Assembly: GCA_905479265.1 (NCBI GenBank)
Contig: CAJQLX010000004.1
Span: 4,548-68,547 of the forward strand
Reading direction: 5' to 3'
DNA length: 64,000 nt
Source: an uncultured Alphaproteobacteria bacterium
Lineage (GTDB): Bacteria > Pseudomonadota > Alphaproteobacteria > UBA7985
In this document: positions 48,015 to 57,048 of the stretch, piece by piece
How positions within the stretch are numbered: the first letter of the stretch is position 1
How the letters are laid out: every line of letters begins with the position of its first letter
The notes under the pieces: generated by a model
The model's input: only the letters and a program-made list of their open reading frames with translations
Database searches by the model: none
What the model was told of the DNA's origin: nothing
Position numbers and translations under genes: made by a program

Positions 48015-49067
48015 ATGGACCGCCACGCTCACCATAAAGCCTTGCTCGCCCCCTTGCGAGCGGCGCTCTACGACTTTTCGGAGCATGGCGTCCGTGCGGC
48101 ACTGGCCGACGTTTGCGCAGACGACGCGGTGTTTCGCTTGGCCCATCCGTTGGGCGAAATCCACGGCACGGATGCCTTTTTTGAGCAGACTTTTGCGCCC
48201 TTGGTGGACGCATGGCCCGATTTGGAGCGGCGGGATCATATCGTTGTTGCCGGAACCGATGACCACGGCCACGACTGGGTTGGCTGCGGCGGCTATTATC
48301 TGGGCGTTGCGTTGGGTCCGTGGCTGGATATTCCACCCACCGGCCACATCACTCACATGCGCTTCCACGAGTTTTACCGTTTTGTCGATGGCAAGGTGGT
48401 AGAGATGCAGTCGCTCTGGGATATTCCAGAGGTGATGATGCAAGCGAACGCTTGGCCCATGGCGCCGTCGCTGGGCCGTGAATGGCACGTCCCCGGCCCG
48501 GCGACCCAGGACGGCATCATCACCGAACCCAGCGACGAAGCCACGGGCGAACAGACCAAGCGCACCATCATCGAAATGCTCGAAAAGATGAAGCGCCACC
48601 CCAGCACGGGCGGACCGGCTGTGATGGAAATGGACCGCTACTGGCATCCAAAAATGAGCTGGTATGGCCCAAGCGCGATTGGCTCTGGCCGGGGCATCGC
48701 GGGTTTTCGGCACTGGCACCAAATCCCCTTCCTCAACGCGATGCCCGATCGCGGTAAAGAGCGCGCATCCCTGACCTATCACTTCTTTGGCGAGCAGAAT
48801 TACGCCGCTGTCACCGGTTGGCCCAACATGATCCAGACCGTCTCAGACGATGGCTGGATGGGCATTGCGCCGGCGGGGCGAAAGATTACCATGAAGTCGC
48901 TCGATTTCTGGCGGATCGAAAACGGCTTGATCCGCGAAAATTGGGTCATGGTGGACGTGCTTGAAGCCTTTCACCAGTTGGGTGTCGATGTGTTCGCGCG
49001 GCTGCGGGAATTCAACAAAGCCCGCAATCTAAGCCGCGTTGACCTGCCTGATGGTATGGAGGCCTGA
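48015..49067 (+). CDS. SnoaL/NTF2-like tandem-domain protein, paralog C2
   Basis: Collinear with C1 (PDLERRD, THMRFHEF, GRGIAGFRHWHQIPFL, LDFWR..NGLIRENWV, FNKARNL). Confidence 0.8.
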   Translation: MDRHAHHKALLAPLRAALYDFSEHGVRAALADVCADDAVFRLAHPLGEIHGTDAFFEQTFAPLVDAWPDLERRDHIVVAGTDDHGHDWVGCGGYYLGVALGPWLDIPPTGHITHMRFHEFYRFVDGKVVEMQSLWDIPEVMMQANAWPMAPSLGREWHVPGPATQDGIITEPSDEATGEQTKRTIIEMLEKMKRHPSTGGPAVMEMDRYWHPKMSWYGPSAIGSGRGIAGFRHWHQIPFLNAMPDRGKERASLTYHFFGEQNYAAVTGWPNMIQTVSDDGWMGIAPAGRKITMKSLDFWRIENGLIRENWVMVDVLEAFHQLGVDVFARLREFNKARNLSRVDLPDGMEA

Positions 49068-49071
49068 ACCG

Positions 49072-50121
49072 ATGTCGGAAAAGGTCACAGCCCTGCAAGT
49101 TGCTCAGCGCGCCGGTGTTTCACAGTCCGCCGTGAGCCGCGTTTTTACGCCCGGTGCCTCGGTGTCGGAGAAGATGGCGACCAAAGTGCGAGGTGCCGCT
49201 GAAGAATTGGGCTACCGCCCCAATATTCTGGCCCGCGCCATGGTCTCTGGCCGCAGCCGCATCGTGGGCTTTGTGGTCGCCTATCTGGACAACTACTTCT
49301 ATCCCGAAGCGATTGAAAAGCTCTCGAACGCCATGCAGGCCGAGGGCTATCACGTCCTGATGTTCATGGCCTCGCAGACCACGGGCAATATCGACGACGT
49401 GGTGGATGAAATTCTCGACTACCAGATCGATGGTTTGATCTTCGCCTCCGTCGCCATGTCTTCCACCATCGTTGCGCGCTGTCAGGCTGCTGGCGTGCCG
49501 ATGATCCTGTTTAACCGGCGACAGGATATGGAGGGCGTAAGCTCGATCACGTCCGACAACTTCGCCGGGGGACGCAAAGTGGGCGAGTACCTCATCACCT
49601 GTGGCCACAGGCGCATTGGCTATATTGCGGGCTGGGAAGGCGCATCCACGCAGCGCGACCGCGAAGCCGGTTTGATGGCCGCTTTGACGACCCATGATAT
49701 TCCGCTGTTTGCCCGCGAAGTCGGCAATTTCCGCAAAGAAGGCGCTATCGAAGCCACACGCGCCATGTTCGACGTTCCTGCGAACCAGCGCCCTGATGCC
49801 GTCTTTGTCGCCAACGATCACATGGCGTTCTTTGTGCTCGATACGCTGCGGCATGAGCTGGGTTTAAAGGTTCCCGACGACGTGGCTGTTGTCGGTTATG
49901 ATGACGTGCCGCCTGCGGCGTGGCCAGCCTATGACCTAACCACCGTGCGTCAGCGATCCAACACGATGGTGCAGGAAACCGTGGATACCTTCATTCGGCA
50001 GATCGAAGAACCCGAAGACTTTCGCCCGCGTCAAGTGGCGATCGACGGGCCTTTGATTATACGCGGCTCGTCGCACAGTTTACCATTCAAGGGAAAGGCC
50101 CAAACCAATGCAGGGATTTGA
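49072..50121 (+). CDS. LacI-family transcriptional regulator
   Basis: VAQRAGVSQSAVSRVF, LGYRPNILARAM, FVANDHMA, VVGYDD, LTTVRQ. Confidence 0.94.
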   Translation: MSEKVTALQVAQRAGVSQSAVSRVFTPGASVSEKMATKVRGAAEELGYRPNILARAMVSGRSRIVGFVVAYLDNYFYPEAIEKLSNAMQAEGYHVLMFMASQTTGNIDDVVDEILDYQIDGLIFASVAMSSTIVARCQAAGVPMILFNRRQDMEGVSSITSDNFAGGRKVGEYLITCGHRRIGYIAGWEGASTQRDREAGLMAALTTHDIPLFAREVGNFRKEGAIEATRAMFDVPANQRPDAVFVANDHMAFFVLDTLRHELGLKVPDDVAVVGYDDVPPAAWPAYDLTTVRQRSNTMVQETVDTFIRQIEEPEDFRPRQVAIDGPLIIRGSSHSLPFKGKAQTNAGI

Positions 50122-51076
50122 TTCCAAATTCAAAGATTTCCCCGATTACATCATTGGAATCACCAACGAAATTTGGGAAAGCCGAGGCATTTCTACGCTG
50201 CACCAGTATTACAGCGATGACATTGTGGTGCGCTCCCCCGGTTCCGTGGTTGTGGGCAATCAGGGTGTGATTGCCGCGACAATGGCGACGCTGGCTGAGT
50301 TCCCTGATCGGCGCTTGTTGGGTGAGGACGTGATCTGGTCCGGTACGCCAGAAGAAGGCATGCTCAGCTCCCACCGCATTTACTCAACCGCGACCCACGC
50401 CCACGACGGGGTGTATGGCGCGGCGACGGGTAAGAAGCTGAAATACCGCATCATTGCGGACTGCCACGCCATCAACAATCAGATCAACGATGAATGGTTG
50501 ATCCGGGACCAGGGCGCCATTGTTCGGCAGATGGCGTGGGATCCAAAGACCTACGCCGCTGAGTTGATCGCGCGCGAAGGCGGTCCGGAAGCTGCCGTCC
50601 GCCCCCTGACCCCCAAAACCGACAAGCCCGGCCCCTACAAGGGCTGCGGCAATGACAGCCCGTGGGGTCAAAAGTACGCTGAGATCATCACACGCATCAT
50701 GGGCGCAGACCTCGCAGCGGTTCCAGCGGAGTACGATCGCGCGGTCCAAACGGCTTACCCCGGCGGTGAAACGGGCGTGAGCCATGACGCGGTTGATAGC
50801 TTCTGGATGGGCCTTCGTGCCGCCTTTCCTGATGCCGAACTGCGGATCGAGCACGTGATTGGCAACGAAGGCCCGATGATGCCCCCGCGCGCGGCGGTGC
50901 GGTGGAGCCTGTGGGGTACGCACAGCGGTTGGGGGCACTTTGGCCAGCCAACCAACGCTGAGGTCTATGTTTTGGGAATCAGTCACGCCGAGTTTGGCCC
51001 TTGGGGGCTGCGGCGCGAATTTACGCTTTACGATGAAACTGCAATCTGGAAGCAGATCCTGCTACAGACTGGGTAA
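50108..51076 (+). CDS. SnoaL/NTF2-like tandem-domain protein, paralog B2
   Basis: Collinear with B1 (EFPDRRLLGEDVIWS, LSSHRI, DEWLIRD, PMMPPRAA.RW, ISHAEFGP, WKQILL). Confidence 0.8.
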   Translation: MQGFDSKFKDFPDYIIGITNEIWESRGISTLHQYYSDDIVVRSPGSVVVGNQGVIAATMATLAEFPDRRLLGEDVIWSGTPEEGMLSSHRIYSTATHAHDGVYGAATGKKLKYRIIADCHAINNQINDEWLIRDQGAIVRQMAWDPKTYAAELIAREGGPEAAVRPLTPKTDKPGPYKGCGNDSPWGQKYAEIITRIMGADLAAVPAEYDRAVQTAYPGGETGVSHDAVDSFWMGLRAAFPDAELRIEHVIGNEGPMMPPRAAVRWSLWGTHSGWGHFGQPTNAEVYVLGISHAEFGPWGLRREFTLYDETAIWKQILLQTG

Positions 51077-51097
51077 AAAAGGGAAAAGGTTGAGGCA

Positions 51098-52063
51098 ATG
51101 AACCGGCAAGAAATGGAAGCGCGGATCGTCCGTTACGCGGACCTTCGCCCGTGTAAAACCGCCTTTATCGATGCGCATACGCCCGGATCGGATCAGAAGG
51201 AAAACTTCACGATCATCGGCGGCGGTGTCTCGGAAAGCCCCGATCAGCATGTCCACATTCCCCTACCCCACGGCTTTAACATTGGGGCAGCGGGCCAACC
51301 GCCGAAATGCCGAAACTCCCTGCATTCCCATCGCACCGCCGAAGTCTTCTTTGTGCTTTCAGGCCGGTGGCGCTTCTTTTGGGGGCGTTGGGGCACGGCT
51401 GGCGAAGTCACGCTCGACCCCGGCGACATCATCAACATTCCAACGGGCATGTTTCGCGGGTTCGAGAACATTGGAACCGACTATGGGATGATCATGGCCA
51501 TCCTCGGTGGTGATGACGCTGGCGGCGGCGTGATCTGGGCGCCGCAAGTGATTGAGGACGCGCGCGATCACGGCCTGATCCTCGCCGCAACCGGCCGGCT
51601 CTATGACAGCCATAAGGGCGAGCAGCTGCCCGACGGTGTCGCGCCCATGTCTTTGCTGACCGAACAGCAGCTTAAATTATTCCCCGAACCAACCACCGCA
51701 GAAGTCGTTCCCAACGCCGTTGCCCGCTATCTTGATTTGATGGCGTTTTCCGACCGCGCGCCCGCAAAAGTTATTGGTGCCGATGCGCTGTTGGTTGATC
51801 GCCCGGGCTTCGAGGTCGACTTCCTCAGCCGCCCTTCTGCGCAAACGCAGGCCGCAGCCAGCGACAAAGACACGGTCTTGATGCCCGCAACGGGTCATTG
51901 GCGGGTGAGTTGGGCTGATGGCTCCGTGACCCTGAACCCCGGTGACACGGCCAGCATCCCGGCTGGTACTGCCTACACCCTCGAACCTGCGATGACAGGT
52001 GAGGCGGGGATCTATCGGGTGGTTGCCACCGATGATCCTGCTGGCCCCACGTGGCGCCCCTAA
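51098..52063 (+). CDS. Cupin-domain protein (bicupin-like)
   Basis: SLHSHRTAEVFFVLSG.W, PGDIINIP. Second degenerate cupin LNPGDTASIPAG. Confidence 0.82.
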   Translation: MNRQEMEARIVRYADLRPCKTAFIDAHTPGSDQKENFTIIGGGVSESPDQHVHIPLPHGFNIGAAGQPPKCRNSLHSHRTAEVFFVLSGRWRFFWGRWGTAGEVTLDPGDIINIPTGMFRGFENIGTDYGMIMAILGGDDAGGGVIWAPQVIEDARDHGLILAATGRLYDSHKGEQLPDGVAPMSLLTEQQLKLFPEPTTAEVVPNAVARYLDLMAFSDRAPAKVIGADALLVDRPGFEVDFLSRPSAQTQAAASDKDTVLMPATGHWRVSWADGSVTLNPGDTASIPAGTAYTLEPAMTGEAGIYRVVATDDPAGPTWRP

Positions 52064-52096
52064 ACCCAAATTCAACCTCAATCAGGAGACGGTCAA

Positions 52097-53218
52097 ATGT
52101 CTGTTCTGACCACCCACGTTGGTTCCCTGCCCCGTACGCAAGAGATTGTGGATTTCATCTTCGCGCGTGAGAAGGAACAGCCCTACGATCAAGCCGCCTT
52201 TGATGCGGCGATGACCGCAGCGGTCTCGGCCACGGTTGCGCGGCAGAAAGCGGCGGGTGTGGACATCGTTTCTGATGGCGAGACCAGCAAGATCTCCTAC
52301 GCCACCTATGTCAAAGACCGCTACACCGGTTTTGACGGTGACAGCCCCCGGAACGCGCCCGCAGACTTGAAGCTGTTCCCCACGTTCCTGCAGCGTCTCG
52401 CCGATGACGGCGGCACCCCCACCTACGCTCGCCCCATGTGTGTGGGCGCGGTGAAATCCAAGGGACAGGACGAGCTGAACAAGGACATTGCCAACCTGAC
52501 CGCCGCGATGAAGGACAACGGCGTGCAGCGCGGGTTCATGAATGCAGCCTCACCGGGCGTCATCTCGCTGTTCCTGCAAAACGATTTCTACGCCACCCGC
52601 GAAGACTACTTGCAGGCTTTGGCCGAAGCGATGAAGGAAGAATACGAGACCATCGTTGCCTCCGGCCTCGACCTGCAACTCGACTGCCCGGACCTCGCTC
52701 TGTCCCGCCACATGCTGTTTAACGATCTCAGTGACGAGGCGTTTCTGAAAATCGCAGCATCTCACGTCGAAGCCCTCAACTACGCGCTGTCTGACGTACC
52801 GGCGGAGAAGGTGCGCGTGCACATCTGTTGGGGCAACTATGAAGGTCCGCACGTCTGTGACATTCCCATGTCCAAGATGTTCGATACCCTGATGAGCACC
52901 AAGGCACGCTACGTGCTGTTCGAGACCTCAAACCCGCGCCACGGGCACGAGTGGGCGGTGTTTAAAGACCGCAAGAACGATATTCCGGATGATAAGGTTT
53001 TGGTGCCGGGCGTGGTGGATTCCACCACCAACTTTGTCGAGCACCCTGATCTGGTCACGCAGCGGATTGACCGGTTTGTGGATTTGGTTGGCAACGAGCG
53101 GGTTATCGCTGGCTCCGATTGCGGTTTTGGCACATTTGCCGGATTTGGTGCCGTTGATCCGGACATTGCTTACGCCAAGCTCGAAGCGCTAAGCCAAGGG
53201 GCAAAAGCGGCCCAGTAA
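52097..53218 (+). CDS. Single-barrel MetE-like Zn enzyme (methionine synthase II / epoxyalkane:CoM transferase family)
   Basis: TTHVGSLPR, SDGE, QLDCPD, HICWGNYEGPH (His-x-Cys), LFE, DCGFG (Cys). Confidence 0.85.
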   Translation: MSVLTTHVGSLPRTQEIVDFIFAREKEQPYDQAAFDAAMTAAVSATVARQKAAGVDIVSDGETSKISYATYVKDRYTGFDGDSPRNAPADLKLFPTFLQRLADDGGTPTYARPMCVGAVKSKGQDELNKDIANLTAAMKDNGVQRGFMNAASPGVISLFLQNDFYATREDYLQALAEAMKEEYETIVASGLDLQLDCPDLALSRHMLFNDLSDEAFLKIAASHVEALNYALSDVPAEKVRVHICWGNYEGPHVCDIPMSKMFDTLMSTKARYVLFETSNPRHGHEWAVFKDRKNDIPDDKVLVPGVVDSTTNFVEHPDLVTQRIDRFVDLVGNERVIAGSDCGFGTFAGFGAVDPDIAYAKLEALSQGAKAAQ

Positions 53219-53311
53219 GCGGTTTTGCTGTAGGCTTTTGGTCGCAAGGGGTTAAGGTTCCATCCTTGACCCCACGATGGGCTATCGCCACAGACCGATA
53301 GGATTGGCTGC

Positions 53312-54496
53312 ATGCTTCCGCGCAAAGACAAATTCGACCTGCCGGCAGGCGTCATATACCTCGACGGAAACTCGCTTGGCCCGCTTCCCAAGGGCGCTTT
53401 GGCGCGGGCGGAAACGGTGATTACTGAGCAGTGGGGGCAGCAACTCATTCGCGCTTGGAACAGCGCCGGGTGGATGGATTTGCCGGTCAAAGTTGGTGAC
53501 CGCTTGGCCCCGCTGATCGGCGCGCCCAAGGGGTCAGTTGCCACCGGGGACACCCTGTCGATCAAGGTGTATCAAGCGCTGGCTGCTGCGCTAAAAATGC
53601 GGCCAGAGCGCAAGGTCATCCTCTCAGACAGCGGAAATTTCCCCTCGGATCTCTATATGGCCCAAGGGCTGATTGAGACCATTGGCGGGGATTTGTCGCT
53701 CAAAACACCTGCGCCGGAAGCGGTTCTGGACGCCATCGATGAGACGGTTGCCGTCGTCATGCTCACGCACGTGGATTACCGCACCGGGCGACTGCACGAC
53801 ATGCACGCCATCACCAAAGCCGCGCACCGCGCCGGGGCCGTGATGGTTTGGGACTTGGCGCACAGCGCCGGGGCAATGGCGCTGGATCTGGCAGGGTGCG
53901 GCGCTGAGTTTGCCGTGGGCTGTACCTATAAATATCTCAACGGCGGCCCCGGCGCGCCGGCATTTATCTATGCCCGTCCCGACTTGATCCAAGCTGTCGA
54001 GCCAGCACTGGCTGGTTGGATGGGCCACGACGCCCCCTTTGCCATGGACCCCGACTACCGCCCTGCGCGCGACGCCGAACGCCTGCGTGTTGGCACCCCG
54101 CCGATCGTGCAGCTGTCTATCCTGGATGCCGCATTGGATGTTTGGGAGGGTGTGGATCTGCAGGCTTTGCGAGCAGCGTCGATGCGGCTTTCCGACCTGT
54201 TCATCGCCGAAGTTGAGCGCCGCTGTCCCGCGTTGATCCTCGCCAGCCCCCGAGACGCGAACCAGCGCGGCTCGCAGGTGTCTTTTGCCTTTGAACACGG
54301 CTATGCCGCCGTTCAAGCCTTGATTGACTTGGGCGTCATTGGTGATTTTCGCGCGCCCAATATCATGCGTTTTGGCTTTACGCCGCTGTTTCTGGATGAT
54401 GATGATATTCGTCAGGCGGCGGCATTGATCGAGCGTGTTACGCGCGATGAGCTTTGGCGCGATGCAAAATACCAGACACGGTCCCGCGTCACCTAG
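53312..54496 (+). CDS. kynU: Kynureninase
   Basis: IYLDGNSLG, FPSDLY, WDLAHSAG, GCTYKYLNGGPG (PLP Lys), GWMGH, RGSQVS, DFR.P...RFG..PL. Confidence 0.93.
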   Translation: MLPRKDKFDLPAGVIYLDGNSLGPLPKGALARAETVITEQWGQQLIRAWNSAGWMDLPVKVGDRLAPLIGAPKGSVATGDTLSIKVYQALAAALKMRPERKVILSDSGNFPSDLYMAQGLIETIGGDLSLKTPAPEAVLDAIDETVAVVMLTHVDYRTGRLHDMHAITKAAHRAGAVMVWDLAHSAGAMALDLAGCGAEFAVGCTYKYLNGGPGAPAFIYARPDLIQAVEPALAGWMGHDAPFAMDPDYRPARDAERLRVGTPPIVQLSILDAALDVWEGVDLQALRAASMRLSDLFIAEVERRCPALILASPRDANQRGSQVSFAFEHGYAAVQALIDLGVIGDFRAPNIMRFGFTPLFLDDDDIRQAAALIERVTRDELWRDAKYQTRSRVT

Positions 54497-54528
54497 AACG
54501 CTAGAACCAATGATGAGGAGACAGGCCG

Positions 54529-55512
54529 ATGGCTGACGAACATTTGGAATCCATGATGGAGAACCTCTACTGGTGGGGCATTCCGACCATGTTCCGCTGT
54601 CCCAATGAGGGGCCAGAGGGCCAAGATATCGCGCTTGTTGGCGTGCCCCACTCCGCCGGTAACGGCACAACACAGCGCGATCAGCACTTGGGCCCACGCG
54701 CCCTGCGTGATGTGTCAGCCGTCGGGCGACGCATGCATATGGAGTTCGAGCTGAACCCGTGGAAAGCCGCCAAAATCGCAGATGTGGGCGATGTCCCCTT
54801 CCCGCGTGCCAACGATAACGAAGCCTGTATCGAAGAAATCACCCGGTTCTACACCAAGATCGACCAGGCCGGCGCGCGCCCCATTTCCGTCGGCGGCGAC
54901 CATTCGATCACCGGCGGCATCGTGCAGGCGATCGGCTGCGGCAACATCACCGGCGGTGAGCCCGTGTGCTTCTTGCACCTTGATGCCCATACGGACGTTT
55001 TTACCAAAGTTGACCACTTTCTTGGTGCCAAGAAATCCGCCGCACACTGGGGCGCTTATCTGGCCGATCAGGGCAAAGTTGATCCAACCCATTCCATGCA
55101 GATTGGCCTGCGCGGACACGCGCGCACGCTGGATTGGCTCGAACCGTCCTATGAGTACGGCTACAACGTCGTCACCATGAAGGAATTTCGCAAACGCGGG
55201 ATTGAAGATGTGGTGGCGCAGATCAAGGACGTGATGCAGGGCCGTCCGGTCTACATCACCTTTGACCTCGACTGCCTCGACCCGACAATCGCCCCAGCTG
55301 TCTCAAACATTGAAGCGGGGGAAAAGGGCTTTGACATTGATGAAGCGGTTGGCTTGCTTCATGCCGTGCGCGGGATGAACATTGTGGGCGGCGATATTGT
55401 CTGCATGATGCCGACCAAAGACAGCCCCAACCAGATCACCGCACTGACCGCAACGTCGATCATGTTTGAAATGATTAGCATGATCGCCGAAAACACAGCC
55501 AAAGCGGGCTAA
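54529..55512 (+). CDS. Ureohydrolase (agmatinase/arginase family), substrate unknown
   Basis: GP..LR, GGDHSIT, DAHTD, QIGLR, TFDLDCLDP metal ligands. Confidence 0.88.
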   Translation: MADEHLESMMENLYWWGIPTMFRCPNEGPEGQDIALVGVPHSAGNGTTQRDQHLGPRALRDVSAVGRRMHMEFELNPWKAAKIADVGDVPFPRANDNEACIEEITRFYTKIDQAGARPISVGGDHSITGGIVQAIGCGNITGGEPVCFLHLDAHTDVFTKVDHFLGAKKSAAHWGAYLADQGKVDPTHSMQIGLRGHARTLDWLEPSYEYGYNVVTMKEFRKRGIEDVVAQIKDVMQGRPVYITFDLDCLDPTIAPAVSNIEAGEKGFDIDEAVGLLHAVRGMNIVGGDIVCMMPTKDSPNQITALTATSIMFEMISMIAENTAKAG

Positions 55513-55525
55513 GACTAAGCGCGCC

Positions 55526-56626
55526 TTAGCTGTATTCAGCGATCGGCGCGCCCAGCACGTCAAAACGAGGCGTGACGCCCAACCCCGGCGCGTCAGAGGC
55601 GGTCATAAAGCCGTCTTTGATAACCGGTCCACCGTCACCAATGATGACGGTTGCGTACTCGCTAAACGCCGAAGATTGGAAATGCATCTCGCGGGGAATA
55701 GAGTGCGCCAAATGCGCAATGGCGGCGTCGGTGAACTCACCGCCCCACGTGTCTTCGATGGTCAGAATGATCCCCAACGTCGCGCAAACATCGCGGACAA
55801 CTTTGGTCTTGGTGATCCCACCCATGCGGCTGATTTTGAGGTTGATGGCGTCCATAGCGCGGTCTTGATGGCCCTGAATCACTGCTTGCAGCGTGGTCAT
55901 ACACTCGTCCAAAATCATGGGATGGTTCGAGAACGAACGCACCACCCGGCACGCCTCGTACGTCTCGCACGGCTGTTCGATATAGAGCGGAAGGTCGTTG
56001 ACGGCGGACACCACACGCACCGCTTCGTGCTGCATCCAGCCACAGTTGGCGTCAGCGGCGAGTTTGTTGCCCGGTTTGAGCACAGACGTGACCTTCTGAA
56101 TGCGCTCGATATCGGCATCTGCGCCCGCGCCAACCTTCATCTGAAACTGGTTGAAGCCCTGCTCCTGATAATCCAGCAGCTTTTGCTGCATGGCATCAGG
56201 GTCCGCGCGTGAGACCACTTTGAACAGCCGGACGCTGTCCTGTAACTTGCCGCCCAACAGGGTATAAAGCGGCTGCCCCGTTGCCTTGCCCAGCAAGTCC
56301 CAACAGGCGATATCGATGGCAGATTTCACATAAGGATGCCCCTTGAGCGCGCGATCCATCACGGCATTGATGGGGCCGACCTGCCGGGGGTCCAAACCCA
56401 CCAAATGCTCGGCAAGCAGCATGATTCCCGTTCGCGCACCCTCGGCATAGGCGGGTAAATAGGCCGGTCCCAGCGGGCAGATCTCACCATATCCGCACTG
56501 TCCGGTATCGGTCGTAATCTCAACGATGGTGCTGTCAAAGGCCGAAAAGCTCTGGTTGGACCACGAATAGGATCCTTCCTTCATCGGCAAACTAACGCCG
56601 TAGAGCGCAATGCGTTCGATCTTCAT
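55526..56626 (-). CDS. Enolase superfamily (MLE subgroup), cis-3-hydroxy-L-proline dehydratase-like
   Basis: EGSYSWS, E.CPLG..YLP.Y, GHPYVK..IDIACWD, QMK, DAN, EQP, DE, NLKIS, EDTWGG. Confidence 0.78.
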   Translation of the reverse strand: MKIERIALYGVSLPMKEGSYSWSNQSFSAFDSTIVEITTDTGQCGYGEICPLGPAYLPAYAEGARTGIMLLAEHLVGLDPRQVGPINAVMDRALKGHPYVKSAIDIACWDLLGKATGQPLYTLLGGKLQDSVRLFKVVSRADPDAMQQKLLDYQEQGFNQFQMKVGAGADADIERIQKVTSVLKPGNKLAADANCGWMQHEAVRVVSAVNDLPLYIEQPCETYEACRVVRSFSNHPMILDECMTTLQAVIQGHQDRAMDAINLKISRMGGITKTKVVRDVCATLGIILTIEDTWGGEFTDAAIAHLAHSIPREMHFQSSAFSEYATVIIGDGGPVIKDGFMTASDAPGLGVTPRFDVLGAPIAEYS

Positions 56627-56753
56627 GATATCGCCTTTCTCAACCACCGCAGAGTGACAGACCGAGCCCTGTGTTCGCAGTGCGGTCTTGTGCTGAATTA
56701 CAGAGGACCATAGGCTAATCCCAAACACCATTCCATGCCAAAGGACAAAGCCC

Positions 56754-57047
56754 ATGAAGCCCGCCTATATCGTCGTTGATACCGCCATTCACGATCATGA
56801 AGCCTATGAGGCTTACAAAGCCAAAGTCGTGCCCATCGTTCAGTCTTACGGGGGCGAATATCTGATCCGTGGGGGCGATATGATCATCGATCAAGAAGAG
56901 CTTTGGACGCCGACGCGCATGGTGCTGATTAAGTTCCCATCGGTGGAACGGGCGCAGAGCTTCTTGGACAGCGAAGAATACGCCCCCGTCAAAGCCGTTC
57001 GGCTTGGCGCATCAAAGGCAACAGCCGTGATCGTTGAAGGCTTCTAA
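56754..57047 (+). CDS. DUF1330 family protein
   Basis: AYIV...D..AYE.Y........YGGEYLIRGG, FPS...A......EY, VEG C-terminus. Confidence 0.87.
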   Translation: MKPAYIVVDTAIHDHEAYEAYKAKVVPIVQSYGGEYLIRGGDMIIDQEELWTPTRMVLIKFPSVERAQSFLDSEEYAPVKAVRLGASKATAVIVEGF

Positions 57048-57048
57048 G

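Noticed and set aside
47166-48782. 538-aa minus-strand ORF
   Set aside because: Antisense to the hisD-like and snoaL-C2 genes, with no recognisable motifs.
35727-51076. Polyketide biosynthetic gene cluster interpretation of the SnoaL genes
   Set aside because: No ketosynthase, ACP, NRPS or exporter is present. An importer and a LacI repressor argue for catabolism.
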